In this document: positions 48,442-60,850 of the stretch, one piece after another
Layout of the letters: each line of letters opens with the position of its first letter
How positions within the stretch are numbered: position 1 is the first letter of the stretch
Assembly (NCBI GenBank): GCA_964234715.1
Contig: OZ174283.1
Strand: one strand, 5' to 3'
DNA from: Podarcis melisellensis
Taxonomy: Eukaryota
Length of the DNA stretch: 64,000 bases
The notes under the pieces: generated by a model
The model's database searches: none
The model's input: only the letters and a program-made list of their open reading frames with translations
Told to the model about the DNA's origin: nothing
Position numbers and translations under genes: made by a program

Positions 48442-48690
48442 CAGGGGGTGGGAAATCTTTGACAGCCTGAGGACCACATTCTTCTCTGGGCAACTTTCCA
48501 AGAGTTTCATGCCAGTGGGAAAGGTGGTCGAGCAATAAATGTACATTTTATCTTGGTACAGTGACTAATCTCTGTGCACATTCACACGCCCCTCTCTATT
48601 ATCCATTCAGACAAGCAAGGGGCATTGTCAGAGTTCAAGGAAACATTCTAGCCAGACAAAAACACTTAGGTGCAGAGCATCTGGCTGGAG
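48442..48690. mobile_element. Partial hAT-Charlie-like element related to 13265-14022
   Basis: CAGGGGGTGGGAAATC start and shared internal sequence. Confidence 0.5.
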
Positions 48691-50397
48691 CTATTATTTT
48701 GTTCTGAACTGCCTCTTATGCAAGCTGAAAGTAACATAGTCTCTCACAGTGGACAGAGTGGAACTTTCCCAAACAGAGTCATATTTATTATAGCCAGAAA
48801 TGATAATGGCATTTCCTGGTGAACGTAATGACAAAGCAGATGACATAATTAACAACATGGAAATTCTGTCAGTTTATGTGAAGTAGATTCCACTTGAATT
48901 ATAGCAATTTCTGGTAGTTTTAAATATTAAGAACAGCCTGAGGATTATACATCCTTTCAGGGACTTCTCATTAATACTACAACAATGTGCTCTGGAATTA
49001 TAATGAAAATTTAATATAATTGCAAAAAAAGAGAGAGGCTAATACTGATTCAATTCTTTCTGGATACTAGGAATGTGACTTAACTGCAAGCACTTACTTC
49101 AAACCAAATTTCACACTGTGCATAAGAAAAGATATTTGCCTTCTAGGATACTTACCAATTCCATTAGATATATATGACATTCGTAGAAGATGAAAACTAC
49201 TGATTGCCTCTCATTTCTAATATAGGTTATATATTGGAACTGGTTGTTTTTGTCAAAGTGTATAATATTTTAATATATTTAGAAAGGGCCTCATTCTTTT
49301 TTGATAGAGAAATGACTTTTGACATTAGGGTGTTTTATTACAAGTCACTTGAGTAGCATCAATGTCAAATATTGTTGATAATGAGTTTAGGCTTCAGGTG
49401 AGATCTTTGAGGAAGGAAAATAAATAAATAAGAAACACAAATGCCCAGGGCACTTTATACTTTTGAACCATTCTTCATGAATGATGATTGTATTTTACAG
49501 AGAAATTGATGGGTTTGGCTCAAAAATTCATTCTCATTGTAAGCCAGGACTCAGTTTCAGTTGTTTTCATTTTTGACAATTACTGCTGCTAAACTGCATA
49601 TTACAACTTTAATGTGCAGAAAAGTTTGGTTGTTGTAATCTAGAGAATAATGGTGTTTTAATGATTGTTTTAATGAGGACCTTAAGGCACGTTTGGATTT
49701 CATATGCTGATGGTTTCTAGAAAATTCCTGCCTTTTCTTGGAGCTCCATTTAGTAACAAACAGCCAAAGAGCCACCTATGGCTCTGTGAAAAAACACTGT
49801 CAAGGAAACATGTAAATGTACTAGCATTTATTTGCTATAAACACTGCTTGTTTTCTGAAAGCAGAAAAGATACAATGGTTCAGCTGGCAGTCTACCAAGA
49901 AGCAACTATGCTGCTAAAGTTTCAAAAGGGATGACTGTGGTAACTTGTGAGGTTTTCATTTATGACAGTTGACAGTAGAGACTAGTTTGTTTGTGTTAGT
50001 AGGATCCAAACAGGTCAAACTGTGATAGGTCCTTTAGTAGGCATTCTCTTCAAAATCCTTAAGGCCAACGAACATTCAGAATTCTATCTTTACCCATTAG
50101 AAAACCAACCAATGCTTGGAGTGAGTGCAGTAAACTGTAAGAATCTATGTGAGAGAAGAGCTGTCCATCACACAGAGACCCATTGTAATTTAAAAGACAA
50201 TTATTCTGGTCCAGGCAAAGGGAGTGAAGATTAACCTGTTATTTTAGCAATATCTTAGATGACAACAAACAATGTTGCCTTGAAATGCATATTGATGTGT
50301 CCTTCATTGCCACATGGAGCAACCTTTATAGAGGACAGTGTGTGATGTTGTAACCCTATGAGCTAAGTCAGGTATCAATAAACCCTATTACTGTTGT

Positions 50398-50729
50398 AGG
50401 AATGAGAGGGAAATTTGGTTCACTTTGCGTTTTGACACGAACCTACCTAATTTTCACTTTCTAAAGCAAACCCAAAGAGATAGAGAGCCTTCTAAATTTG
50501 TTACCTCACTGAATTTTGCAATGCAGTCATCTAAACAAATAAGGTGTGCAAAAACACAGAAAGCTAGTATTAGGAGAAATGTGTATTGTAGAAATGCACT
50601 AAAAATGCCCATATGTTTATCGTGACTTTTTTCTTTAATGCAAACATTTGTGGAAATGCAGAGAACTGAACTTAAGACTGGAAAACTGAGGAACTGCGGA
50701 AAAGAAAAGAACAGTTTCAACCATCTCTA
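50398..50729. mobile_element. Old hAT-like MITE (TAGGGATG-type ends)
   Basis: TAGGAATG...CATCTCTA terminal inverted similarity. Confidence 0.45.
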
Positions 50730-52739
50730 TCAATGGGCAATATACTACAAGGAGAGGATGATGAGGGATAATGGCTGCTTTGATATATCCCATTTATCTG
50801 GATCCACATAGTTATGGTCTTTTTAAAGCTATCCTTAAATCAGGGGTGGCTATATTATGGGCCTCCTGAAGTTATTGATCTACAGTTCCCATCACTTCTG
50901 ACCACTGCCTTGGCTTGCTGGAGCAGATGAGTATTGAAGTGTAAGAACATCTGGAGGGCCACAGCTTTGTAATCTCTGCCATATATGATTGGTAATTTTA
51001 AAGAGAGAGAGAGAGAGAGTTATTTGGATAGTTAAGGGGAAGAGAAAGCATACTGATCCCAGTTTTGGAAATATGAGTGAGCAATGAATGGCAGTTTGAG
51101 AAATCCTGATCAATATTAACAGAGCTGTAAAGATCACTTAATGGAAGACAGTAAGTAGAATCTTACAAGGCTTAAGTAATGTCAACAGTAACGTTTCTGT
51201 TTTCTGCTCAGTACTCATGATAAGACACAGAGGCACCTAATACCATCTCAGGAATTTAGCTGTGGGTGTAAAGATTAAAGCTTACTGTCTCAGCAGGGTG
51301 CTGAGCTCTTGATTCACTTTTTTAAAAAAAATAAAATAACAACCAATCTGGATTATTGTAATACCCTGTTTGTAGGTCCCTTTGATATAGTCGTTTACCG
51401 TGCCTAGGCTTCAGAATACATAGATTATATAGCAATGAACGTTTGCAGAGACATTGCACTGGATCCACATCCCACCAGCAATGATAGGTTTATGTCAAAT
51501 GTTAAGCAAGCAATTGAGGGTACTTACTTCAGCTTCATAGTCTTCTGCTACATATATTAAGTTTTGTACTGAATCCCTGCAATGACTCATTCTACGTAAC
51601 TTTGAAGTCTGAAGTCGTCAAATTTATCTCTAGGAAACAAAACATTGTTCATGTCAAAGTTTGCATGCACCCTTTAACAACTTCTGTCTGTGCAATAACT
51701 TGGAATTACATTAGAGCTGAACCAAAACTAATCACAGTATTTTTGGGAATGAAAAACTGCCCCCTCTTTCGTAATGTTTCTTTGGCTGTGCTTGTGAAAA
51801 TGTCCATCTATTTATTACATTTGATCTCTCTTGTAGACACTCAGGTTTATTTAGTCTTAGTGATATTCTCATAGAACAAACTCTGATTGTGTGGTAGCAT
51901 CGTTACATCATTCCATTTACTATATGACCCCCAAACTGCTGGGTTCATTGATGTGACTAATCTAGGAAATCTTTTTACAATAGAAAAAAAAAGATTAAGT
52001 ACCATTAGTGGGCTAGGAGAGCTGAAAATAATGCTAATATATTTCGCATAGGGCAACAAATTCCCCCTTTTGGGTTTCAGATAGTACATGGGTAGATGAG
52101 TCTAAAAGGCCCAGGACACAAATTTTCATGGCCCTCTAGTGGCTATGATGGCTCATTTACCAGAAGTACTGTAATGTATTTAGTGTTAACTCTGGAAGTG
52201 TATATTCTGACCAAACTAAGCCTCCTGATGTATATTTTGCTCTATGAGGCTTAGTTTGATCAGAATTGAGCCTAATCCTAAATATGGCTAATAGGAAGTT
52301 TTGGTCATTGTGGTGTTTATAGCCAAGAAAGTATTTATTTATTTGAAACATTTCTATCCTACTATTCATTTCAAAAAGCAACTCCAGAGTGGGTAGCAGT
52401 AAAATATGGATAAAGAACAGCATAAATATAATAATAAAACAGCATCATACGTCATAAAAACAACACAGATCAATTATAATCCTCCAAACCTTCAGTCTGA
52501 GCATTCACTACAGCAAAAGTCAGGTGAATAATCAAGTTGTTAACTGGTGTCAAAAGCTCAAACCATGTCAGTGTCAGTTCTCTCACACCAGGAATGGTGT
52601 TCCAAGTCTGGGTACAACCACTCAGTATGCATAGGATTACAGTTCAAATAGGCAGAGGACTGTGATGTAAGTCAGGAAAAAAGCTCATCCCTTTGGCTTT
52701 GTTTATTTTTCAAGAGAGGTAATGGTGCTAGTCTCTTGT

Positions 52740-53352
52740 AGCAAAAAATCAACAGTGAGTCTTGTGATAATGTACCATAGATTCCGGCATATAAGATGAC
52801 TTTTTAACCTCAGAAAAGAGGTTAAAAAGTTGGGGGTCTTATACAACGGGTATGGGCAGCGCTGCGGCGGCGCCTCCGAAGCAGCGGCAGCAGGTGGTGG
52901 GCTCCGCTTCATGCCAGGTGGCTTTCTCCTGGCGCGGAGCTGCCCAGCGTATTAGGCGACTAGGCTTATAAGACAAACTCCCAAACTGCAGCTGCCAATT
53001 TGGGGGGGGGGGTCATCTAATATGCCCAGTTGCCTAAAACGCTGGAATCTATGGTAAACCAATTGATTATGGCATAAACATTCGTGGACCAGAGCCCACT
53101 TTGTCCGATGCATAAAGGTCCTGAATTGTTAGGGTTGGGCATCCAGTGGGATGTGAACAGACTTCTGGCCATGCAATGGGACTTCTCCATCTCCTCCCTC
53201 AGTCCTCTGGGGCAGGTTTTGAAGGTGCACAGGGAGATTGCAGAGGGAATAAAGGAAAGAAATGTCCTGTTGCCTGACCAGAATTCACACTACAGCAGCA
53301 CTGAATGCAACCCTTAGTCTTTAGGGTGCCACAAGACTCTTTGTTTTAGTTG
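52740..53352. mobile_element. Penelope-like terminal fragments (52740-53113 split by the MITE; inverted piece at 53312-53352)
   Basis: GAGTCTTGTG...GGCATAAACATTCGTGGAC..AGCCCACTT and inverted TTAGTCTTTAGGGTGCCACAAGACTCTTTG resemble reptile Penelope pseudo-LTR ends (from recall). Confidence 0.5.
52775..53054. mobile_element. TcMar (Tc2/pogo-like) MITE
   Basis: TIR CCATAGATTCCGGC / GCTGGAATCTATGG. TA TSD. GC/CpG-rich core. Confidence 0.85.
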
Positions 53353-55724
53353 CACTCATGTCATGCTGAAGTTTTTTGAAGTGGAGACTATATAAAGCAA
53401 ATTAGGAACTCATTATATTATATTAAAATGGTGATTAATTTGCAAAATTCTCTACTTAATGGCATGGAATAATGATTCTGCCTTCTGAGGGAAGATGTTC
53501 CAGCTTACACAGTTGTTCAGGGCTTAGGCAGTCCTTCCTTATGTTATATATATAAAAAGATCCCTGTGGAAGTTAAATTTCTCATTTGGATACCCACTTA
53601 AAACTGTCCTTCTCCAGTCCTCATTTTATGAATATGTCTAGAGACATGCTCAACGGAATGGAATCTAATGATATAGCTGTACTGTAAAGGAGGCAGGCAT
53701 AGCAGTATAGAATGATGTACAGCAATATGAATGAGGAATGATGCTGCGGCAAAATAAATAAATGGCATGTATGGTTTAGGCAGTGGAGTATGGACCATTT
53801 CAGATGAAGATGAAAGACAGACAATTGTTTTATTTAATTTTTTAAAAAAAGAATTATAGAAAGCCCATGAAATCTTCCTAGTTTACAAAGAGGCAGCAGA
53901 TAAGAGAAGTGTGTATAAAGGATAGATCATTAATCATTGGGATTTCAATTAGCTAATGTTGAGTGGGGTGTTAATTATGGAATTGATAAGGAAGGGTCTC
54001 AGTTTTGGAACATAGCATAGAGGTCTGCCTTGACATCTTCTGAAAGCAGCAGGCTTTATTTAATGCATTTTAATGTTGCTGGGAAATAAGACAAGAATGA
54101 TCCATTAGATCTGAAGACTCATGCTATCCAAACTGCAAATGTCCTTGAGGCTTGCTGTCTAAAAAAAAAGAAAGAAAGAAAGATAAAATGATCAGTGAAC
54201 TTTAAAATATAAATAAATTGAAACTGGCTATGGAAGAACGTGGAAGAAAACACATACCACATTTGATTAGAATAAACTGCTGTTTTGTTTTGTTTCTAAC
54301 CAGAACACCAAAAACACACCTCGTGGAACAGCAACAGACAAGCCCAGCAGATCTCCAGGGAATCACTATACAAAAATAAGCAGAAGATCATTTTTCCTGT
54401 CATGAAAAGGAGAATTGGGTACATTTTTCAAATGATTTTCTTTGTCTCAGGGGAAATATACCATCAGAACTCTGTGCCAAAAATCCTGATTCCATATTTT
54501 GTCTATCACATTGATTACATAGGGCTGTTTGCTTACCTTGTCTGAAAGTAAGATGTTTCAACAGTAAATAGTGGGAGGAAGTCAGATTACACTAAATGAT
54601 TCCAGCCGCAAGGACACAGGTATGGAGGAGGTCTTTCAGTGGCATCCAGCAAAGCTAACCAGGCAGAAGTGTGTGTGTCAAAGAAGAATATATTCATGGG
54701 ACTGGATTGTGCATCTTTTCAACGAATATGACATAAGATGCAGCAAATACTCAGTCGCAGAACTGCCAAGTGACAGAATAGTTACAAATAATTTTGTTCT
54801 CTTTCTGGAGCGCTTACTGACATCTATCCAAGCCCACTTGTATTATTAAGCTCTAATGTATGCTAATATATTTCCTTACCTCTCAGGATGCTCTGTTTCT
54901 TTTCTTGCTTTTCTCTGTGTTTTTACAATTTGTCTTCACTGGGTGTGGAGATTGCTGAATAATGGGAACTTCTGACTGCAGTGCTAATCATATTGGCTTT
55001 GTAGCTATGCTGTTTGACATGTCGGTATATAATAAACCGCTCTGTAAACCATGTCAAGTCAAATGTCTCTATAGAACATATTTAGAAAAATAGAAAGAGA
55101 TAAAAGTCTTGCACTCACCTACTAATGCTTTCTTCTGAGTGCATTTTCTTTCTTTCATTCACGCCCACACAGCCTACACATTTTTCCTCCTGTTTCACTA
55201 ACCCATTAGACTAGCAAAATGTTCATTTTGTGGGGGGAAATAAAGCAGTATGACTAACATTGTAAAATAACAGCACAATCCTTTTCCAGATTCAGCATTA
55301 ATTCTTTTCTGCATATCCCTACTTGACTTCCATATTATAATATTTCCCCCTAAACATTATGGGCCCCACACAGAAATTTTGTTCTCCTACTTGTATATAC
55401 CTCATCTCTTTTTTCCTGTTTTCCGCCTTTTCATATTTACAGTTAGCACATTTTGTGCACTGGTGTCATTGGAATCATTCAGCTTTGGTCATGCTCAGGT
55501 AGACCAACTCTGCACTAATCTATTGGGGTGTAGCAAGGGCCAGGAGAATTGCTCATGATAGATGGACTGATAAACTATTAGGGAACAAAAAGAAGGGAAC
55601 TTCTCCCACATAATCTCTGTTGTGAGGTCCCTAACTTTTTACCAACAATGAATATTTAACCCCTATTTCTCACACATCTCATAAAGTGATGTTCATTCTA
55701 TAGGCAATGAGACATCTATAGCAA

Positions 55725-55925
55725 CACATGAAGCTGCTTTATACAGCACCAGACCATTGGTCCATCTTGCTCAGTATACTCTAAACTGAATGCCAGTGGA
55801 TCTCCAGGATTTCAGTCAGGGGATGGCCTCTGTCCCACCTGGGGAATGCTGGAGGTGCTGGGAATTCAACCAGGGATATTCTGCAATTGAAACAGATGTA
55901 CTGCCACTGAGCTGTAGCCTTTCCC
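55725..55925 (-). mobile_element. tRNA-derived SINE (Squam2-type)
   Basis: Minus strand GGCTACAGCTCAGTGGCAG A box and GGTTGAATTCC B box. CR1-like 3' end. Confidence 0.7.
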
Positions 55926-55944
55926 CAATTGTTGTTTATCATTA

Positions 55945-56170
55945 CAGTGGTACCTCGGGTTAAGAACTTAATTTGTTCTGGAGGTCCGTTCTTAACCTGA
56001 AACTGTTCTTAACCTGAGGTACCACTTTTGCTAATGGGGCCTCCCACTGCTGCCGTGCCGCCACTGTGTGATTTATGTTCTCATCCTGAAGCAAAGTTCT
56101 TAACCTGAGGTACTACTTCCGGGTTAGCGGAGTCTGTAACCTGAAGCGTCTGCAACCCAAGGTACCACTG
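55945..56170. mobile_element. TcMar-Tigger-like MITE (short variant)
   Basis: Same TIR. TA TSD. 226 bp. Confidence 0.9.
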
Positions 56171-57070
56171 TATTGATCGATCATTTTTGTTGACCCTTGG
56201 GGTACCTTCCAACTGTACAGTGTATGAGTCTAATAATTACCAGCCCCCTTAGTTGATAGAGGTGCGTGTTGAATGCAAAAATGCATTGAATGACATGTCT
56301 GCTCTAGTCCTCACTTGTGCTTTCATGTCACATTTGAGGTGGAATCCAAACAATAGCTGAGTTTGAAATGTTACACTGAAGGTCATCTTGCAAATTTAAC
56401 ACCACCCTCTTTTGAAACCTTGCAGGATATTCATCCCCCACTTTTTGCCCAGCTGCTATGAGGAGTGTTTGAAGCGACGGCCGTGAAGCAGCTTCTTGAT
56501 ACTCAGTATTATGTCTTGTTGAGTTGAGGTGATGAGGATGAAATTCAAAGTACGGCCCCTTAACATCTCTCTAGTGCAATTTCAGTTTGCAGAGAATGTC
56601 TTGTGGCATGTTACTACAACCTGAGGTCCTGTGGTAGACAGTTTTTTAATATATACTTTTCTCATGTGGTTGGGCTGCCACAATATATTTTTCAGAAGGT
56701 TAGCCAATTTTCTGGATGGTTGCTTATATTAAAACCTTGAGGAAAAGTCAGTTAGGCTGCCAGAATTGTTAATCAAACAAAAACTTTGCACATCATGTGC
56801 CTCCCAACCATCCCTTGAGCTTTTTATGCTCTGTTCTGGCTCAATAGTTGTGTGGTTTAGGAATGATCCATGGATAATCACAATTAATTCAAATAATGGA
56901 GACATACAGTGTGATGGAATCCATGCAATGAATGTGCAGCACTTTCACAGTGATCCCAAATTTTAGTTTGGGGTGATGTATTAGAACAATAGTTTGCATT
57001 CTGTTTTCTGAGTAAACTTACAATTCGGTCATTAGAGGATTATTATTTTTTACAAGTATGGTGAATATAT

Positions 57071-57128
57071 ATATAAATAGCAGAAAGTACCTGGCATGAG
57101 ATATAAATAGCAGAAAGTACCTGGCATG
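57071..57128. repeat. Tandem duplication, 30-bp period
   Basis: ATATAAATAGCAGAAAGTACCTGGCATG occurs twice, identical. Confidence 0.95.
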
Positions 57129-57689
57129 TCTTATGTTTGTTTCTCAGACTGTGCCCTGTCCAGCCCTTGGATGACCTGGGAAACACTAAACTAGGATTTG
57201 GGACCAAATCAATTCAGAGGGCAAGGTTAATGTTTAATTAGGGCTTTTAAACCCCTAAACAGTCACAAGTTTTGTGTATGTGTGTGGGAGATGTGGCATC
57301 CCCTTCTCTCCCTCCCAGACACACTACTGAGAGCAGAAGGGTTTGATCCTGTCAGCTTTACCAGCAAGTTCCTTGTGCAGAACACAATGGTGAAGCAGAA
57401 TGCTGGTGCCTTGGCAGGTGGCTCTTGAACCGATTGCTTGCCCTCCCCTCTTTGCCTTCCCCCAGTTGTGTCATTTCCCCAAATGTTTTCCACCTCAGCA
57501 TGGTTCAGGCCTCATCTATCCCAGCCATCACCATCATAGATGATGATACCACTTGCATCCACTCCCTAGCTGTCTCTTATAAGATGCCATTGTTGTTGCT
57601 GCCATTGCTGCCACTACATTATGGGAAGTGGCTGCCAGAGGGGGGCCACCTCATTCCTGCATCACCTATCACTATTGTAGCCATAACCA

Positions 57690-58095
57690 ATGATCTTCAG
57701 AAGTGTCCAATTCAGCACAGTTTGGAACGTTTTAGTCTGCCAACTTGTTTTAAAATGGTGTCCAAGGGTATCCAAACATAGGTGAAAACTGAGTCTTCCA
57801 TCTTGGAAACCGTTGTGCCAAATAGTCAATGGTGTTGAAAACCACTGAGAGATCAAGTAAAACCAATAGGTTTGTGCCACCTCTGCCTCCCAATAAAGGT
57901 AATCTGTCAGGGAAACCAAGGTTGTATTGGTGCAAAACCTGGTCCTGAAATTACACTGAAATGGGTTGAGATCATCTGCTTCCTTCTGGCACGCCTGGCC
58001 AGAATAATTTTGATCACCATGCCTGGAAAAGGAGTTGTAGTACCACCACCTCTTTCAAGATAGCTTAGATCCTTTATATTTATGGTCGATCCTAG
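57690..58095 (-). mobile_element. Degenerate L2 RT fragment
   Basis: Translation LLVLLDLSVVFNTIDY corresponds to the L2/CR1 RT motif LLDLSAAFDTIDH. Confidence 0.7.
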
Positions 58096-58123
58096 AACAG
58101 GCATGACTTCTCAACTTAGCCTG

Positions 58124-58124
<1 letters not shown>

Positions 58125-58189
<65 letters not shown>

Positions 58190-58192
58190 TGT
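58125..58192. repeat. Compound (CT)n(GT)n microsatellite
   Basis: Seen directly in the sequence. Confidence 0.98.
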
Positions 58193-58827
58193 GGTTGCAA
58201 TCCTATGCCTTTCATTGAATTCAGTGCAAATTTAAATCAGAATAAACATGGAAAGGATCAGGCTGTTAATGTGAATGTTCTTTTTTCATAATGATGACTA
58301 TGAACTATTTGGTCATCATGTAAGCTCATAGGCCAAAATCAGGCTATAAAATGTACTTTACATTTTGAATGCTGTTTTTCACCCCAGGCATTAATTGTTA
58401 ACAGGATATAGTTTTTGCTGGGAATATGATGATGATTTTAGTTATTGTATGCGGCACTAGTGGAGAGGATTGTACAATTAATAAAGGATAATCACATCAA
58501 GATATACATGTCACTGGTGAGAAGAGTAGCTGCAAAATAGGAATGTACATAAATATAAAAATAATTTAAGAAACAAAGGTTCTATTGAGGGTTTTATTTT
58601 AAAGCATGATGCACAGCTGTAAGCAAAGCAAAATCATTATGTTGCGTAGCTAGAGGGACAGACTCTAAACCTGTAGGGGTGGGCATTGTTATTACTACAA
58701 AAGGCACTGTTTAGATTTCATCTAGAATTCTGTCAACAGAACTATTCACCATACTAATGTAATTGCCCTAGAGGGCCTTCAGTAACAATTGAATTTTTAT
58801 TCAGTGGATCTAGTGCTAAGGCTCAAG

Positions 58828-58877
58828 GTTGAGGGAGTTAAGCTTGCTGTCTGTTGAGGGAGTTAAACTAGCTGTCT
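58828..58877. repeat. Tandem duplication, 25-bp period
   Basis: GTTGAGGGAGTTAA(G/A)CT(T/A)GCTGTCT occurs twice. Confidence 0.9.
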
Positions 58878-60146
58878 ACGAATGAAGTTGTACAGAAAAG
58901 ATAAATATGTTGGGCTTGTCATTTCTGTAAAGAGATGTCATGGTAATGGTCAGTTGTGGGTAGGGCTGGCAACAAAGAAGGATGCTTCTGATCTTAACTC
59001 AGAAAGGTGTTCAGTGAACCTACATAAACAGCAGAAGTGGTTCAACATTTGAAATCTTCTTCTTCATAAAATACCAAGGAAAGAAAGCATTTGGAAACAC
59101 AATCTGATTGAGGAGGAGACAGAAACTAGCTTTACCACATGAAAACATGTTTCCTTTAGAACTGCTTTTCAGTGCAACAAATTGTGTCATTAAAGAGGTA
59201 GGTTTTTATGTATGGGTCATAGCCATAGCTAACACTGAAACTTATCAGGTAGAGTAAGTGTCAGAGTTTAGAGGCATATTGAGGAACCATTAGCAATATT
59301 CACACATAAAGAGGAATGTAAAAGGGATAACTCAAAAGTGTCAACAAGTAAAATTCATTACAGTGAAAGCATTCTGGAACAGGGGCTTTCTTCTTGAGGA
59401 GCAATGTTAAACTTTCAAATTTTATAGAATATATGAAATTGCTTGTGCAAATGCTGCCGCCTATATAGTACCATAAGAAAAACAGTTCAGACATTTTAAG
59501 TGTGATTTATCTGAACAAGGGAGGCTCAGAAACCATGGTTTGATTTCAGCTTGTCTGGACAAACAATAATTCAAATTAACTGCAGTTTGTCCTGGTTCAA
59601 ATGAAATGATAGACCAGATGCTTTCAATATCTTTCTTCTTTCTGTGCCTGAGGAAGAGAGGGAGCACTATCTTCCACATGGCTTTAAACCTTGCCACCTA
59701 TGCAGCCCAAACAACTTCCAGTGCGAACTGTGGATATAGTATATGCCACCACACATTCTTCTGAGGACCTCTTGCATATGGGCCTGCCATCTTTCTTACC
59801 ATGGGGCTGACGGCAGGTTCTGGAGGATTTAGTCAGGGAAAACAGTACAGGAAGAAAGGGATGAAAACTATCTCTCCCTGTGCTACTTCTCTGATCCAAT
59901 TAGCAACCCCATGAGCTGAAGGGTTGCCATGTACAGCAGGGAGTATGCAGTGTTTGCAGAGACTACCTGGGCAATGCTGAAACCTGATTGCCCTGGGAAG
60001 CATAACAAATACAGGAGGCTGCCCACTGCAGCCACTCTCCAGCTCATGGGTAGTGAAGGCAACAGTGGAGGAAAAGCTATCATGCTCATCCTTGCCGTGT
60101 CCGCTTGCATGTTCTACTTGTGTCTGTGACGTCCAGGTAACACAGG

Positions 60147-60325
60147 AACAGAGAAACTGCCTTATACTGGATGACACAATTGGCCAATCTAGCTCAGTAT
60201 TGTCTACTTTGATTACAGTGGATGGCTAGAGTTTCAGATAGAAGACTTTTCCAGCCATACCCAGACATTCCAGGGACCGAACCCTGGACCTTTTGTATGC
60301 AAGGCTGTACCCGAGCAATAATTCT
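60147..60325 (-). mobile_element. tRNA-derived SINE (Squam2-type)
   Basis: Similar to 55725-55925. GGTTCGGTCCC B box. Confidence 0.65.
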
Positions 60326-60332
60326 CCCAAGT

Positions 60333-60334
<2 letters not shown>

Positions 60335-60366
<32 letters not shown>
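60335..60366. repeat. (TG)n microsatellite
   Basis: Seen directly in the sequence. Confidence 0.97.
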
Positions 60367-60368
<2 letters not shown>

Positions 60369-60371
60369 CAC

Positions 60372-60850
60372 TATTGTTGGCATCTATTTGTCTCAGAAGA
60401 CGATAGAGGAGGGCACCTTTGGGGGTGACGCAAAACTGTTGGAAGGTTGCAGCACCTGAGGTGGCTGTAGAGGCCAATGCAGGAAAGACCTGTTTTGTTG
60501 CAGCTGGGGCAGATGAAGGTGTCTGATTGTGCCTCTGCAGATGCACCATGACATTTTTTCTCTCTGCATTCCTCCTTTGGTCATCTCTATGGATACATGA
60601 CCTGACTGTTTCCCAGCACTGTAAGGGATTCCCAAATGGCAGGATTGATGTTGCCAGCCTTCATGACGCGTTTGCAGACATTTTTTAATGCACAGTTGGT
60701 CTGCCAATGGGCCTGATGCCTGAGGTCAGCTCCCAGTAGAGCATGTACTTGGGGATCCTACCATCTTCCATTCTGTGAACATGGCCCAGCCAGCGTAAAT
60801 GTTGCTGCTACAGGTGTGCAAACATGCTGGGAATATTGGCTTGGGAGAGT
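60372..60850 (-). mobile_element. RTE-clade LINE 3' portion (not the BovB family above)
   Basis: Minus-strand translation LRWLGHVHRMEDGRIPKYMLYWEL...GRP and a C-terminal CPSC..IGLYSH zinc-finger remnant. Confidence 0.8.

Noticed and set aside
54880-55069. Minus-strand exon-like segment with a good acceptor and GAG|GTAAGG donor, plus a possible 5-nt microexon near 54537-54541
   Set aside because: Stops in all three frames, the neighbouring donor would give an implausibly short intron, and there is no other support.
59833-60177. 114-aa minus-strand ORF and overlapping ORFs
   Set aside because: No recognisable domain or convincing splice context.
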